DNA from: Candidatus Eiseniibacteriota bacterium
Lineage (GTDB): Bacteria > Eisenbacteria > RBG-16-71-46
Assembly (NCBI GenBank): GCA_963744995.1
Contig: CAVUWA010000010.1
Coordinates: 288,001-352,000 of the forward strand
DNA length: 64,000 nucleotides
Direction of reading: 5' to 3'
Part shown: piece by piece, positions 34,575 to 44,163 of the stretch
Layout of the letters: each line of letters starts with the position of its first letter
How positions within the stretch are numbered: the first letter of the stretch is position 1
Program-made: the position numbers and the translations under genes
Notes under the pieces: generated by a model
Seen by the model: only the letters and a program-made list of their open reading frames with translations
The model's database searches: none
What the model was told of the DNA's origin: nothing

Positions 34575-35333
34575 TCAGCTCGCGGCGCGCTGCGGCAGGC
34601 CGCCGAACCGGCGTTCGCGACCGTGGAAGGCCTGCACGATACGCCCCAGCTCCTCGGCCTGGAAGTCCGGCCACATCGTCGGCGTGAAGAACAGCTCGGC
34701 GTAGGCGGCTTCCCACATCATGAAGTCGCTCAGCCGCTGTTCGCCGCCGGTGCGCACCAGCAGGTCCACCTCGGGCGTGCCCTGGCGTGAGTGCATCGCT
34801 TCGGCGATGCGCTCGCTGAGCGCCTCGCGCGAATCGGCGGTGTCGCCGTTCATCGCCCGCGCGGCGCGCGCGATCACGTCGCGCGAGGAGTAGTCGAGCG
34901 CGATACGCAGGTCGAGCGTGGCGCCGCCCGACGTGTCGCGCTCGGCGTCCGCGATCGCCTGGGCCAGCCGGCCGGGGATCCGGTCGCGGCGGCCGATGAA
35001 CGACAGCCGCACGCCGTCCTTCACGCAGTTGGGCGTCTCGAGCCGCAGGTATTCGCCGAGCAGGTGCATGAGGCCGCGCACCTCGGCCGGCGGACGCGAC
35101 CAGTTGTCGGCCGAGAACGCGTACAGCGTCAGCATGCGAACGCCGTGGTCCGGCGCCGCCTCGACGATGCGGCGCACCGTATCGGCGCCGGCGCGGTGGC
35201 CGGCGAGCCGCGGCTTGCCGCGCCCCGTGGCCCAGCGACCGTTGCCGTCCATGATGATCGCCACGTGCAGGCCCGTGCCCGGCCTGGCTCGACGCTCACG
35301 GCTCATGGCGTTCCGCTCCCGCGCGGCGGACAT
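34575..35333 (-). CDS. uppS: Polyprenyl (undecaprenyl) diphosphate synthase
   Basis: HVAIIMDGNGRWA, LYAFSADNW.RP, VDLLVRTGGEQRLSDF..WE.AYAEL, RERRFGG. Confidence 0.95.
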   Translation of the reverse strand: MSAARERNAMSRERRARPGTGLHVAIIMDGNGRWATGRGKPRLAGHRAGADTVRRIVEAAPDHGVRMLTLYAFSADNWSRPPAEVRGLMHLLGEYLRLETPNCVKDGVRLSFIGRRDRIPGRLAQAIADAERDTSGGATLDLRIALDYSSRDVIARAARAMNGDTADSREALSERIAEAMHSRQGTPEVDLLVRTGGEQRLSDFMMWEAAYAELFFTPTMWPDFQAEELGRIVQAFHGRERRFGGLPQRAAS

Positions 35334-35346
35334 CCGCAGGCGGACC

Positions 35347-35745
35347 TCAACCGCGGGTCGCCCGGATGAGCGCCTCCATGTGGGACAGGTAGCGCTTGAG
35401 GGCGGCGCGCCCGGCCTCGGTCAGACGGTATTCGGTACGCGGCACCCGGCCCTCGAAGCGCTTGGTGCACTCCACGTAGCCGACCTCTTCCAGGCGGCGC
35501 GCGTGCACACTGAGATTTCCATCGGTGGCCCGGACCAGTTTCTTGAGGTCGTTGAACGACACCGCGTCGTGCACCGCCAGCACGCTCACGATCCCGAGCC
35601 GCATGCGCTCGTGGATGATGCGGTCGAGATCGAGCGCCGAGCGCCGCGGGGCGTGCCCCTCGACCTGGCCGAGCGCGCGCGCCGCGCCGCGCACGGGGCG
35701 CCCGGGCGGGCCGCCGGATTCCATCTTCTGGGCCCCCCTAGCCAC
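35347..35745 (-). CDS. Winged-helix transcriptional regulator (HTH_34/MarR-like)
   Basis: LDRIIHERMRLGI, TDGNLSVHARRLEE.GYV, PRTEYRLT..GR; overlaps upstream gene. Confidence 0.9.
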   Translation of the reverse strand: MARGAQKMESGGPPGRPVRGAARALGQVEGHAPRRSALDLDRIIHERMRLGIVSVLAVHDAVSFNDLKKLVRATDGNLSVHARRLEEVGYVECTKRFEGRVPRTEYRLTEAGRAALKRYLSHMEALIRATRG

Positions 35746-36349
35746 CGTGCCGCCGCGCGATGATGAAGCCGAAAACGACGTGCAGCAGGCCGTAGCCGGC
35801 CGCCATGAACAGATCGGCCCAGGCGTGCGGGCCGAACAGCGCCGCGATGCCGAGCGCCATGAAGCAGCCGCCCATCACCGGCACGATCTTCACCGAGAAC
35901 GCCCCGCCGATCGCGAACGCGGTGCCGTAGAGCAGCAGCCACGTGCCGGGCAGCAGGTGGGCCATGCCGGCGCGGTAGAGCGCCAGCGTCAGCACGGCGC
36001 CGGCGAGCATCGGCAGCGAGAAGCTCATCAGGAAGCGGCGCCCGCTGCCGGCGAGCAGCGGCGCCCCCGCGATGCGCGACTTGATGCGCATCGCCTGCAC
36101 GCCGATCCCGAGCGCGAGGATCGCCTCCGCCACCCAGACCCGCACCCAGGCCGCATCGTTCGCGGTGCGCGCGGCGATCGCGGCCGCGGCGAACGCGGTG
36201 AGTCCGACCGCCACCTGCCCCCAGCCGGGCACCGACGTGAACGAGGCCGCATGCTCCATGGTCTGGCGGATGTAGCGCAGGTTGTCCATCGCCTGCGCCT
36301 GAAGCGCGTCGGTGCGATGGCGGCGGCGGACGGCGCGGAGCGAACTCAT
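35738..36349 (-). CDS. Six-TM membrane protein of unknown function
   Basis: AMDNLRYIRQTME, TWLLLYG, GYGLLHVVFG; six hydrophobic segments. Confidence 0.8.
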   Translation of the reverse strand: MSSLRAVRRRHRTDALQAQAMDNLRYIRQTMEHAASFTSVPGWGQVAVGLTAFAAAAIAARTANDAAWVRVWVAEAILALGIGVQAMRIKSRIAGAPLLAGSGRRFLMSFSLPMLAGAVLTLALYRAGMAHLLPGTWLLLYGTAFAIGGAFSVKIVPVMGGCFMALGIAALFGPHAWADLFMAAGYGLLHVVFGFIIARRHGG

Positions 36350-36356
36350 GCCGGAA

Positions 36357-36406
36357 AGCCTAGCGCGGCCGGCGGGCGATGATCAAGTACTTTGCGTGGC
36401 AAAGTA
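36357..36406 (-). promoter_or_regulatory. Sigma70 promoter (probably leaderless) with adjacent palindromic operator
   Basis: TTGATC-18 bp-TAGGCT, 7 nt before ATG 36349; inverted repeat TACTTTGC-GTG-GCAAAGTA at 36388..36406 next to the -35. Confidence 0.65.
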
Positions 36407-36419
36407 GTGGTCCGGAACG

Positions 36420-36446
36420 GGGCGCCGGTCCTCGGGACCGGCGCCC
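36420..36446 (-). terminator. Terminator-like hairpin after ECF/DUF4097 operon
   Basis: GGGCGCCGGTCC-TCG-GGACCGGCGCCC, 12-bp stem about 25 bp after the stop at 36471. Confidence 0.6.
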
Positions 36447-36470
36447 GCTTCGAACCGGACCCGCCGCTGC

Positions 36471-37280
36471 TCAGGAGCGGGTTCGAAGCCGGATGCGGCC
36501 GTTCACGGTTTCGAGCGACAGCTTGCCGCCGCCGTGGCCGATCGTGCCCGACAGGCGCTTCGGCCCCCAGCGTCCCTGCACGCGCAGCGGCAGATCGGTC
36601 TCGATGGCGCCGTTGACGGACACGGCCGACACCTCGGCATCGGCGTCCTCCGGAAGCATCAGTTCGATGCGCCCGTTCACGGTGCGGAACGACATCTGGT
36701 CCTTCCAGTGCGAGACGCCCGTGGAAGCCCGGATCGAACCGTTCACCGTCTCGGCGGTCACGGCGCCGCTGGTGGAGACGTCGATCGAGCCGTTGACCGA
36801 CTGGGCCAGCACGTCCCCGGCGAGTCCCTCGGCGCCCACGCCACCGTTGACGGCGCGCCCGGTGAAGGCGACCCCCGCGGGCACCCGCACCTCGTAGTCC
36901 ACGGCGACGTCGTTGTCGTGCACGCTCATGCGGCCGCCGCCGCCGGCGCTGCAACGATTCCCCCGGCCGGGATAGTGCGTGCAGATCGTCACGCCGCCGT
37001 CGTGTTCGAGGACCTCGATGGTCACCTCGTCGGGGTCGCTCCGCTTCCAGCGCTTGGTGGCGCGGACCTCGACGCGGTCGCCGTCCGTGGCCACGGCGTC
37101 GATCCTGCCGTTGATGGTCTTGATCTCGATCGTCTTGCCGCGCTCGATCCGGCCCGACCATTCGAAGCTGCGATCGGTGCCGCCGGCCGCGGCGGGCAGG
37201 ACGCCCGCGGCGAGGGTCGCGGCGGCGAGCAGCGTGACGGCGGCGAGCCGCCGGGTGAGGCGTGGGAGCACTGGCTTCAT
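36471..37280 (-). CDS. Exported DUF4097 (toast-rack beta-helix) protein
   Basis: Signal peptide, repeated T/S-VNG-x-I motifs, C-terminal G.IGHGG..LSLETVNGRIRL. Confidence 0.88.
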   Translation of the reverse strand: MKPVLPRLTRRLAAVTLLAAATLAAGVLPAAAGGTDRSFEWSGRIERGKTIEIKTINGRIDAVATDGDRVEVRATKRWKRSDPDEVTIEVLEHDGGVTICTHYPGRGNRCSAGGGGRMSVHDNDVAVDYEVRVPAGVAFTGRAVNGGVGAEGLAGDVLAQSVNGSIDVSTSGAVTAETVNGSIRASTGVSHWKDQMSFRTVNGRIELMLPEDADAEVSAVSVNGAIETDLPLRVQGRWGPKRLSGTIGHGGGKLSLETVNGRIRLRTRS

Positions 37281-37340
37281 CCGGTGTTCCTCCTTGCGTG
37301 CCGCGCGGCCCGGCTCCCCGGAGGCCCACCACGACGGCCG

Positions 37341-38327
37341 TTACTGGTCGTTGTCCGCGTCTCCGCTCTGGCGGCGGCGCTCCAGCACCTTCTGCATCTC
37401 GCGCTTGTTGCGTTCCAGCCGGCGCTGCAACTCTTCGAGCGTGCGGCCGCGGCGCTCCAGCACCTGCTTCGCCTCCTCGGAGTCCGCGCGCAGCAGACGG
37501 ATCGCGCCCTGGAACGACTCGAAGTCGAGCACCGCGCTGCCGTCGCCCATGGTGAAGTTCATCCCCTGCCCGCGCCGCGTGCCGTGCAGCTCGACCGGAA
37601 AGCTCGATTCGAAGTCGCCGCTGAAGGTCTCGACCGACACGGTGGCGTTCGGGCGATCCCTGGTCACGACCAGGATGTCGCCGTTGTGGGTTCCGAACTG
37701 GTAGCGGCCGGACTTCGCGAAATCGCCGTCCCAGATCAGGTCGCCGTTGGCGCTGCTCGCCTCCACGAGATTGGATACGATGCGACCGAGCACGATGTTG
37801 CCGTTGACCGTGCTGGCCACCACGTCACCCACGGCATCGAGCACGACCACGCCGTCGTTGACCGAACTGGCCTGCACCCGGCCGTGCGCGCCCTCGACGC
37901 GGACGTTGCCCTCCATCGAGCGCAGCGAGATCAGACCCTTGCCGCCCTTGACGTGCACGTTGCCGCGCACCGTTTCGACCACGACGTCGCCATCCACACC
38001 GTCCACCGACACGTCGTTGTTGATGCCGGAGACGTTCACGCCCACCCAGGTCGGCACCTGGATCTCGTAGTTCACCAGGCGCGCCGGCAGCTGGCGGGCC
38101 CGCGAGGTCACCATCAGCGCCGGACCCTTGCGCTGGATCTCGACGGTCACATGGCGCGTGTGTTCGGCGTGGATGTGGACCCGGTTCTGGCGCCACGCCG
38201 AGACCTGCACCTGGCCACCGAAGTTGAATACGTTGAGCCGGGTCCCGGGGGCCACCGTGATGGACGTGTCGGTTTGCACGGCGCCGCTCGCCAGCACGCT
38301 CAGCAGGGTCGCTGCGATCAGATTCAT
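37341..38327 (-). CDS. Exported DUF4097 protein with C-terminal coiled coil
   Basis: Repeats ETVRGNV/SMEGNV/STVNGNI/SANGDL/TFSGDF; charged helical tail. Confidence 0.85.
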   Translation of the reverse strand: MNLIAATLLSVLASGAVQTDTSITVAPGTRLNVFNFGGQVQVSAWRQNRVHIHAEHTRHVTVEIQRKGPALMVTSRARQLPARLVNYEIQVPTWVGVNVSGINNDVSVDGVDGDVVVETVRGNVHVKGGKGLISLRSMEGNVRVEGAHGRVQASSVNDGVVVLDAVGDVVASTVNGNIVLGRIVSNLVEASSANGDLIWDGDFAKSGRYQFGTHNGDILVVTRDRPNATVSVETFSGDFESSFPVELHGTRRGQGMNFTMGDGSAVLDFESFQGAIRLLRADSEEAKQVLERRGRTLEELQRRLERNKREMQKVLERRRQSGDADNDQ

Positions 38328-38342
38328 GTAGATGGATTCTCC

Positions 38343-39122
38343 TCAGTTCCCCGCGTAGGCATAGACGGTCGCCTGCTGCAGCAGGTCCACCTTCCTCTGC
38401 ATCTGACGGTTCAGATGACGGTACAGATAGGGACTCTCCGGATCGGCTTCGAGCGCGCGCCGCGAGTCGGCGATCGCCTGATCGATGATCCCCAGGTTGG
38501 TGCGCAGCACCTTCACGGTCTCGGGGTCCAGCCGGTCGCGGCCGCTTTCGAGCGTCTTCTCGAGGTCGGCAATCGTGGCCTGGTAGCCCGCGTCACCGAG
38601 CCACGGCTCGTCGCCGGAGGCGTTCGCGGCATCGGTGGCGCCGGGATCGACGGCGGCCAGCGGCGTGCGATCGGCAGCGGGTCCGGCGTGACGGGTGATC
38701 CACCACGCGCCGCCCGCCGACAGCGCGGCGATCAGCACGGCCGCGGCCGCGACCTGCGGCAGGGTGAATCGCAGCGTCATCGCAGGCCAGCGCGGATGCC
38801 TCGCGATCGGCACCGGGGCCGCGGCCGGCGCGACGTCGGGGACGGACGCGGGCTCCCCGGCACGCGTCCCCCCTTCCGCCGGCGCCGGCGCGGCCCCGGC
38901 GCCGATGCGCGCCGCGATTCCCCGCCAGAGGTCGCGCTCGGGCTCGATGCCCCCCAGCGCCGTCGCGCGCAGCACGACCGCGCGCAGCTCCTCGACCAGC
39001 GTGCGGCACGCCTCGCACGAGGCGAGGTGGGCCTCCACTGCGGCGCGCTCGTTCGCCTCGAGCGTCTCGTCGACGTACTCCGAGAGGCGCTCCTCGAACG
39101 GATGGCGGAGGTCGCCGCTCAT
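38343..39122 (-). CDS. zf-HC2 transmembrane anti-sigma factor
   Basis: From ATG 39122 (overlaps sigma stop): LSEYVD..L, HLASCEAC (HxxxCxxC), one TM, periplasmic helical domain. Confidence 0.9.
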   Translation of the reverse strand: MSGDLRHPFEERLSEYVDETLEANERAAVEAHLASCEACRTLVEELRAVVLRATALGGIEPERDLWRGIAARIGAGAAPAPAEGGTRAGEPASVPDVAPAAAPVPIARHPRWPAMTLRFTLPQVAAAAVLIAALSAGGAWWITRHAGPAADRTPLAAVDPGATDAANASGDEPWLGDAGYQATIADLEKTLESGRDRLDPETVKVLRTNLGIIDQAIADSRRALEADPESPYLYRHLNRQMQRKVDLLQQATVYAYAGN

Positions 39123-39703
39123 CGGTCGATGTGCCTGCGCAGCAGCATGCGCGCGCGGTGCAGCTGCGCCTTGGAGGTTCCCGCGGTCACCCCGAGCATC
39201 CGTCCGATCTCCTCGTGGCGGAACCCTTCGACGTCGTGCAGTACGAACACCTGTCGCGCTCCTTCCGGAAGGCGCTCGAGCGCGCCTTCGAAATCCATCC
39301 GCTCGTCCGCCCGTCCGCGTTTCGCGGGCGCGGTCTCGAGCGCCACCTCGTCCGCGACGAACCGACCGCGGCGCGTCGCCAGCTTCGCCCGCTGCCCGAG
39401 GATCACGTTGATCGCGACCCGGTGCAGCCAGGTGCCGAAGGCGGCTTCGCCGCGGAACGTCCCGAGCTTCTCCCACGCCCTGACGAACACGTCCTGCGTC
39501 AGCTCGTCGACGTCGGCGTCGCTCATCATCCGCCTCACCAGCCCGTGAATGCGACCCAGGTGGGTCCGATACAGCCTCTCGAACGCACGGGTGTCGCCGC
39601 GGGCCGCACGCGAGACGTCGTCCAGCTCCGCCCCGCCCGGCGACCGCCCCGTGCTACCGCTCGAAGCAGTCACCCCGGGACTGAGTGGCTCCATGCGCTT
39701 CAT
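39119..39703 (-). CDS. ECF RNA polymerase sigma factor
   Basis: GDTRAFERLY, LTQDVFVRAW, FGTWLHRVA.N, LP..ARQVFVLHDVEG, GTSKAQLHRAR. Confidence 0.95.
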   Translation of the reverse strand: MKRMEPLSPGVTASSGSTGRSPGGAELDDVSRAARGDTRAFERLYRTHLGRIHGLVRRMMSDADVDELTQDVFVRAWEKLGTFRGEAAFGTWLHRVAINVILGQRAKLATRRGRFVADEVALETAPAKRGRADERMDFEGALERLPEGARQVFVLHDVEGFRHEEIGRMLGVTAGTSKAQLHRARMLLRRHIDR

Positions 39704-39914
39704 TGGATACCCGTGCGGCATGGACGGTTGGAAGCGGGAGCGACCGGGGCGGCGCGGCGCGCGCGGCAACGCCACGCCCGGGTGCGCTCTGCCCCGCTGT
39801 CAGCCCCATGTGTCACAATGGCGCCGGCGCCGGGCGGGGCGCATGGCCGTGCCCGGCCCTGCCTTGCAATCGGCTGCCGCGCAGCCCGTTGGGCGCACGA
39901 GCCGGGCCCGGTTC

Positions 39915-39930
39915 TGGCATGGGCCTTGCG
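39915..39930 (+). promoter_or_regulatory. Putative sigma54 (-24/-12) promoter of usp operon
   Basis: TGGCATGGGCCTTGCG, close to TGGCAC-N5-TTGC consensus, just upstream of GGAGGT RBS. Confidence 0.65.
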
Positions 39931-39955
39931 CTCGGTGCGCGCAGGGAGGTGAATC

Positions 39956-40396
39956 ATGAAAATCCTCATCGGCGTAGACGACTCGGTACACTCGAATGCC
40001 GCGGTCGAGTACGTGAAGCATGCGACGTGGCCCAAGGGTACGAAAGTGTTCGTGCTTTCGGCCATCCGCTCGCCGATCATGGTGAACACGGAAGTTTACG
40101 TGGGCGGACCGTACGCGAGCGATCAGGCGTTCGAAGAAGCGATCAAGTATGGTCAGGAACTTACGGCCCGGGTCGAGAAAGAGTTGCGCGACATCGGGTT
40201 CGACACGGAGGCCCGCGTGGTGCAGGGCGATCCTCGCGTCGTCATCGAGGACACCGCACGTGACGTGGGCGCCGATCTCGTCGTCGTCGGCTCGCACGGG
40301 CGTACGGGACTCGCCAAGCTGATGCTCGGCAGCGTCGCCTCGCACGTCGTGTCGCATGCGCCGTGCGACGTGCTCGTCGTCAAGAAAAAGGACTGA
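39956..40396 (+). CDS. Universal stress protein (UspA family)
   Basis: KILIGVDDS, GDP...I, DLVVVGSHGRTG....LGSVA..V..HAPCDVLVV. Confidence 0.95.
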   Translation: MKILIGVDDSVHSNAAVEYVKHATWPKGTKVFVLSAIRSPIMVNTEVYVGGPYASDQAFEEAIKYGQELTARVEKELRDIGFDTEARVVQGDPRVVIEDTARDVGADLVVVGSHGRTGLAKLMLGSVASHVVSHAPCDVLVVKKKD

Positions 40397-40406
40397 TTCC
40401 GACCGA

Positions 40407-42635
40407 ATGGACTCCTCCCCCGACACGCTCGACCGGACCGGAAGCGCGCAACGCGGAGCGACGGATGCCGCTCCGCGCGCGCATGGCCTCGACGCCGTGT
40501 TCCGGCCGCGCTCGGTGGCCGTGATCGGCGCCTCGCGCACCCGCGGCAGCATCGGCGCCGCGACGTTCCACAACCTGATCACGCGCGGCTTCGAGGGTCC
40601 GGTGTACCCGGTGAACCCGGTGGCCGAGGTCGTCGGATCCGTGCGCGCCTACAAGTCGATCGAGGACGTGCCGGGCGAAGTGGACCTGGCGATGATCGTG
40701 GTCCCCGCCGTGCACGTGCTGACCGTGCTCGAAGCCTGCGGCCGCAAGGGCGTGAAGGCGGCCGTGGTCATCAGCGCCGGCTTCAAGGAGGCCGGCCCCG
40801 AAGGGCGCGCGCGCGAGCAGGCGCTGGTCGAATGCGCGCGCCGCCACCGGATGCGGCTCGTCGGCCCCAACTGCCTGGGCGTGATCAACGCCGAGCCCGA
40901 GGTGTCGCTCGACGCCACGTTCGCGCCGGCGTGGCCGCCGCACGGCCAGGTCGCGTTCTCTTCGCAGAGCGGCGCGCTCGGGCTGGCGATCCTCGACATG
41001 GCGAAGACGCTCAACATCGGCATCTCCCACTTCATCAGCGTCGGCAACAAAGCCGACGTGTCGGGCAACGACCTGCTGGAGTTCTGGGAGCGGGACCCCG
41101 GCACGAAGATCATCCTGCTCTATCTCGAATCGTTCGGAAACGCACGCCGCTTCATCGAGATCGCGCGGCGGGTGTCGCGGAAAAAACCGATCGTCGCGGT
41201 GAAGAGCGGCCGTTCGGCCGCCGGCGCGCGCGCGGCGTCGTCGCACACCGGCTCGCTCGCCGGCCCCGACGCCGCAGTCGACGCGCTGTGCCGGCAGTCG
41301 GGGGTGATCCGCACCGACACGATGGAAGAGCTGTTCGACGTCGCGATGCTGCTCGCGCACCAGCCGGTGCCGCGCGGCCATCGCGTCGCCATCGTCACCA
41401 ACGCAGGCGGCCCGGGCATCATGGCCTCCGACGCCTGCGAGGGGCACGGACTCGTGGTGCCGGCGCTCGCCGACGAAACGCTGGCGGCGCTGCGCGCATT
41501 CCTGCCGCCCGAGGCCAGCACCCGCAACCCGGTGGACATGATCGCCTCGGCGACGCCCGAGTCGTTCGAGCGCGCGGTCGAGCTGCTCGCCTGCGACCCC
41601 CACGTGGACGCGGTGCTCGCGATCTACGTGCCGCCGATCGTCACGCAGCCGCTCGACGTGGCGCAGGCGATCGTGCGCGGCGCCGACGCCGCGGCGGCGC
41701 GGGCCCGCGCGAAAGGCGTGAGCTCGAAGCCGGTGATGTCGTGCTTCCTCGGCTCGCACGGCGTCCCCGAGGGGCTGCAGTCGCTGCAGGAAGGCAACAT
41801 CCCCTCGTACGCGTTCCCCGAGGCCGCGGCGATCGCGCTCGCGCGCGCCGTGCGCTACGGCGCGTGGCTCGAGGCGCCCGCCGGCGAGGTGCCCGCGCTC
41901 GCCGACGTCGACCCCGCCCGCGCCCGTGCGGTGATCGAACGCGCGCTCGCACGCGAGGCGGCGGGCGACGGCCCCACCTGGCTGCGTCCCGGCGAGCTGC
42001 GCGAGGTGCTGGAGGCGTATGGACTGCGGGTCGTGCAGAGCGCACACGCGGCGGACGCGGACGCGGCGGTGAAGGCCGCGGAACGGATGGGCTACCCGGT
42101 GGTGATCAAGCTCGAGTCCGACACGATCACCCACAAGTCCGACGTCGGCGGCGTGGTGCTCGACGTGCGCAACGAAACGGAGGTGCGGCGCGCCTGCGCC
42201 GACATCGAGAAGAAGCTCGAGGCGCTCGGCCGCCTGGACGAGATGAACGGCGTCACGGTGCAGCAGCTCATCAAGGGCGGCGTCGAGGCGATCGTCGGCG
42301 TGACGCGCGACAGGGGCTTCGGTCCGCTCATCATGTTCGGGCTCGGCGGCGTGTACGTCGAGGTCCTGAAGGACGTCGCGTTCCGCATCCACCCGCTGAC
42401 CGACCGCGACGCCGCGGGGCTCGTGCGTGAGGTGCGCGGCTACCCGCTGCTCGAGGGCTACCGCGGCCAGCCGCCCGGCGACACGGCCGCGCTCGAGGAC
42501 GTCCTGCTGCGCGTCTCGCGGCTGGTCGGCGACCTGCCCGAGATCCACGAGATGGACATGAATCCGCTCAAGGTGCTGGCGCCCGGCAAGGGCTGCATCG
42601 CGGTGGACGCGCGCATCGGCATCTTGAAGGCGTAG
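40407..42635 (+). CDS. Acetate/acyl-CoA ligase (ADP-forming) family protein, fused alpha-beta
   Basis: SVAVIGAS, GPNCLG, SQSG, SHTGSL (phospho-His), TNAGG.G, NPVD, HKSDVGGV, EMDMNP; no GNAT domain. Confidence 0.92.
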   Translation: MDSSPDTLDRTGSAQRGATDAAPRAHGLDAVFRPRSVAVIGASRTRGSIGAATFHNLITRGFEGPVYPVNPVAEVVGSVRAYKSIEDVPGEVDLAMIVVPAVHVLTVLEACGRKGVKAAVVISAGFKEAGPEGRAREQALVECARRHRMRLVGPNCLGVINAEPEVSLDATFAPAWPPHGQVAFSSQSGALGLAILDMAKTLNIGISHFISVGNKADVSGNDLLEFWERDPGTKIILLYLESFGNARRFIEIARRVSRKKPIVAVKSGRSAAGARAASSHTGSLAGPDAAVDALCRQSGVIRTDTMEELFDVAMLLAHQPVPRGHRVAIVTNAGGPGIMASDACEGHGLVVPALADETLAALRAFLPPEASTRNPVDMIASATPESFERAVELLACDPHVDAVLAIYVPPIVTQPLDVAQAIVRGADAAAARARAKGVSSKPVMSCFLGSHGVPEGLQSLQEGNIPSYAFPEAAAIALARAVRYGAWLEAPAGEVPALADVDPARARAVIERALAREAAGDGPTWLRPGELREVLEAYGLRVVQSAHAADADAAVKAAERMGYPVVIKLESDTITHKSDVGGVVLDVRNETEVRRACADIEKKLEALGRLDEMNGVTVQQLIKGGVEAIVGVTRDRGFGPLIMFGLGGVYVEVLKDVAFRIHPLTDRDAAGLVREVRGYPLLEGYRGQPPGDTAALEDVLLRVSRLVGDLPEIHEMDMNPLKVLAPGKGCIAVDARIGILKA

Positions 42636-42849
42636 GAACGGATCCCGGCCGCGGGATCCGCCGGGAGCAACCGGCCCCGTGGCGGACTCGCGCGATTTTC
42701 CGGGCGGCAGCATGGCCACGCGCGAGGAGGCCCTCGTCGTGATCACAGCCGGTCCTTGACCGGCCCGCCCCCCTCCGCTAATCCTCCTGCGCCCGCGCCG
42801 CGGGCCCCCGTGACGTTGCCGGAATTCCTCGCCGTCCATAGGATTGCCC

Positions 42850-44163
42850 ATGGCCCAGCCGCTGCAGCGCCCTCAGCACTCGCAGCCCTTCCGCATCCGC
42901 CGCGCCCAGAACTGGCTGACCCTCGGCTTCACCTACGCCGCCATGTACATGGCGCGATACAACTTCCCGTTCGCGAACAAGGCGCTGTCCGACGAGTACG
43001 GCTGGAGCAGGGCGCAGATCGGCGGCATCATCACCACCGCCACGCTGGTCTACGGCATCTCGGCGCTGTTCAACGGCCCGCTCGCCGACCGCTTCGGTGG
43101 CCGCAAGGCGATGATCATCGGCGCCACGGGCGCCCTCGTCTTCAACGTTCTGTTCGGCCTCGGCGCCTACCTCGGCGTGGTCACGACCGCCCCGGTGCTG
43201 CTCGGCTACTTCGCCACGGTGTGGACGCTGAACATGTACTTCCAGTCGTACAGCGCCCTCTCGCTCATCAAGGTCAACGCGGGCTGGTTCCACGTCAGCG
43301 AACGCGGCGTGTTCTCGGCGATCTTCGGCTCCATGATCCAGAGCGGACGCCTCGCGGTGTTCGCGCTGCTGACGTCGTCGTTCGTGGTCGCCCTGCCCTG
43401 GCAGTGGCGCTTCTTCCTGCCGGCCGTTGCCGTCGCGATCATGCTGCTGTTCACGATTCTGGTGGTGCGCGATTCGCCGAAGGACGCGGGGCTCGACGAC
43501 TTCGACCCGATGGACGCGACCAGCGGCGACACCGAGAAGATCACCCTCGCCTACGTGGCGCGGAAGGTGTTCACCAACCCGATCGCGATCACGATCGCCG
43601 GGGCGGAGTTCTGCACGGGGCTCGTGCGCAAGGGCTTCGAGGAGTGGTTCCCGCGCTACATGCAGGAGGCGCACCACCTCGCGCTCGACAACCCGATCTT
43701 CCAGAAGGGCGCGCTGGCGATCGTGTTCGCCGGCGTCGTCGGCGCGTTCGTCGCCGGGACGATGTCGGACTGGGTCTTCAAGGCGCGGCGTCCCCCGGTG
43801 GCGTTCATCGGCTACGTGCTGATCGTCGCGAGTCTCTACGTGGTCTGGCGGCATCCGAGCCTGCCCGCGATCATCGCCGCATTCGTCGTCAACTCGATGG
43901 CGATTTCGATGGTGCACTCGATGCTCTCGGGCACCGCCTCGATGGACTTCGGCGGCAAGCGTGCCGCGGCGACCGCTGCCGGCATGTTCGACGGCATGCA
44001 GTACATCGGCGGCTCGTTCGCCGGCTACGGCATCGGCGTCCTGCTCGACAAATACGGCTGGAACGCCTGGGCGCCGAGCATGATCGGCTTCGCGGCGATC
44101 GGCGCGGTCCTCATGTTGCTGCTCTGGAACGCGCGCCCGCGCGCGCACGGCGCCTCGCACTGA
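42850..44163 (+). CDS. MFS transporter, organophosphate antiporter (GlpT/UhpT)-like
   Basis: Y..MY..RYNF, NGPLADRFGGR, WF...ERG, DFGGKRAAATAAG.FDG..Y.G; 12 TM. Confidence 0.85.
   Translation: MAQPLQRPQHSQPFRIRRAQNWLTLGFTYAAMYMARYNFPFANKALSDEYGWSRAQIGGIITTATLVYGISALFNGPLADRFGGRKAMIIGATGALVFNVLFGLGAYLGVVTTAPVLLGYFATVWTLNMYFQSYSALSLIKVNAGWFHVSERGVFSAIFGSMIQSGRLAVFALLTSSFVVALPWQWRFFLPAVAVAIMLLFTILVVRDSPKDAGLDDFDPMDATSGDTEKITLAYVARKVFTNPIAITIAGAEFCTGLVRKGFEEWFPRYMQEAHHLALDNPIFQKGALAIVFAGVVGAFVAGTMSDWVFKARRPPVAFIGYVLIVASLYVVWRHPSLPAIIAAFVVNSMAISMVHSMLSGTASMDFGGKRAAATAAGMFDGMQYIGGSFAGYGIGVLLDKYGWNAWAPSMIGFAAIGAVLMLLLWNARPRAHGASH

Noticed and set aside
25986..36446. Two hairpins sharing GGGCGCCGG arms as a REP family
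   Set aside because: Only two copies with different loops; explained by terminators in GC-rich DNA
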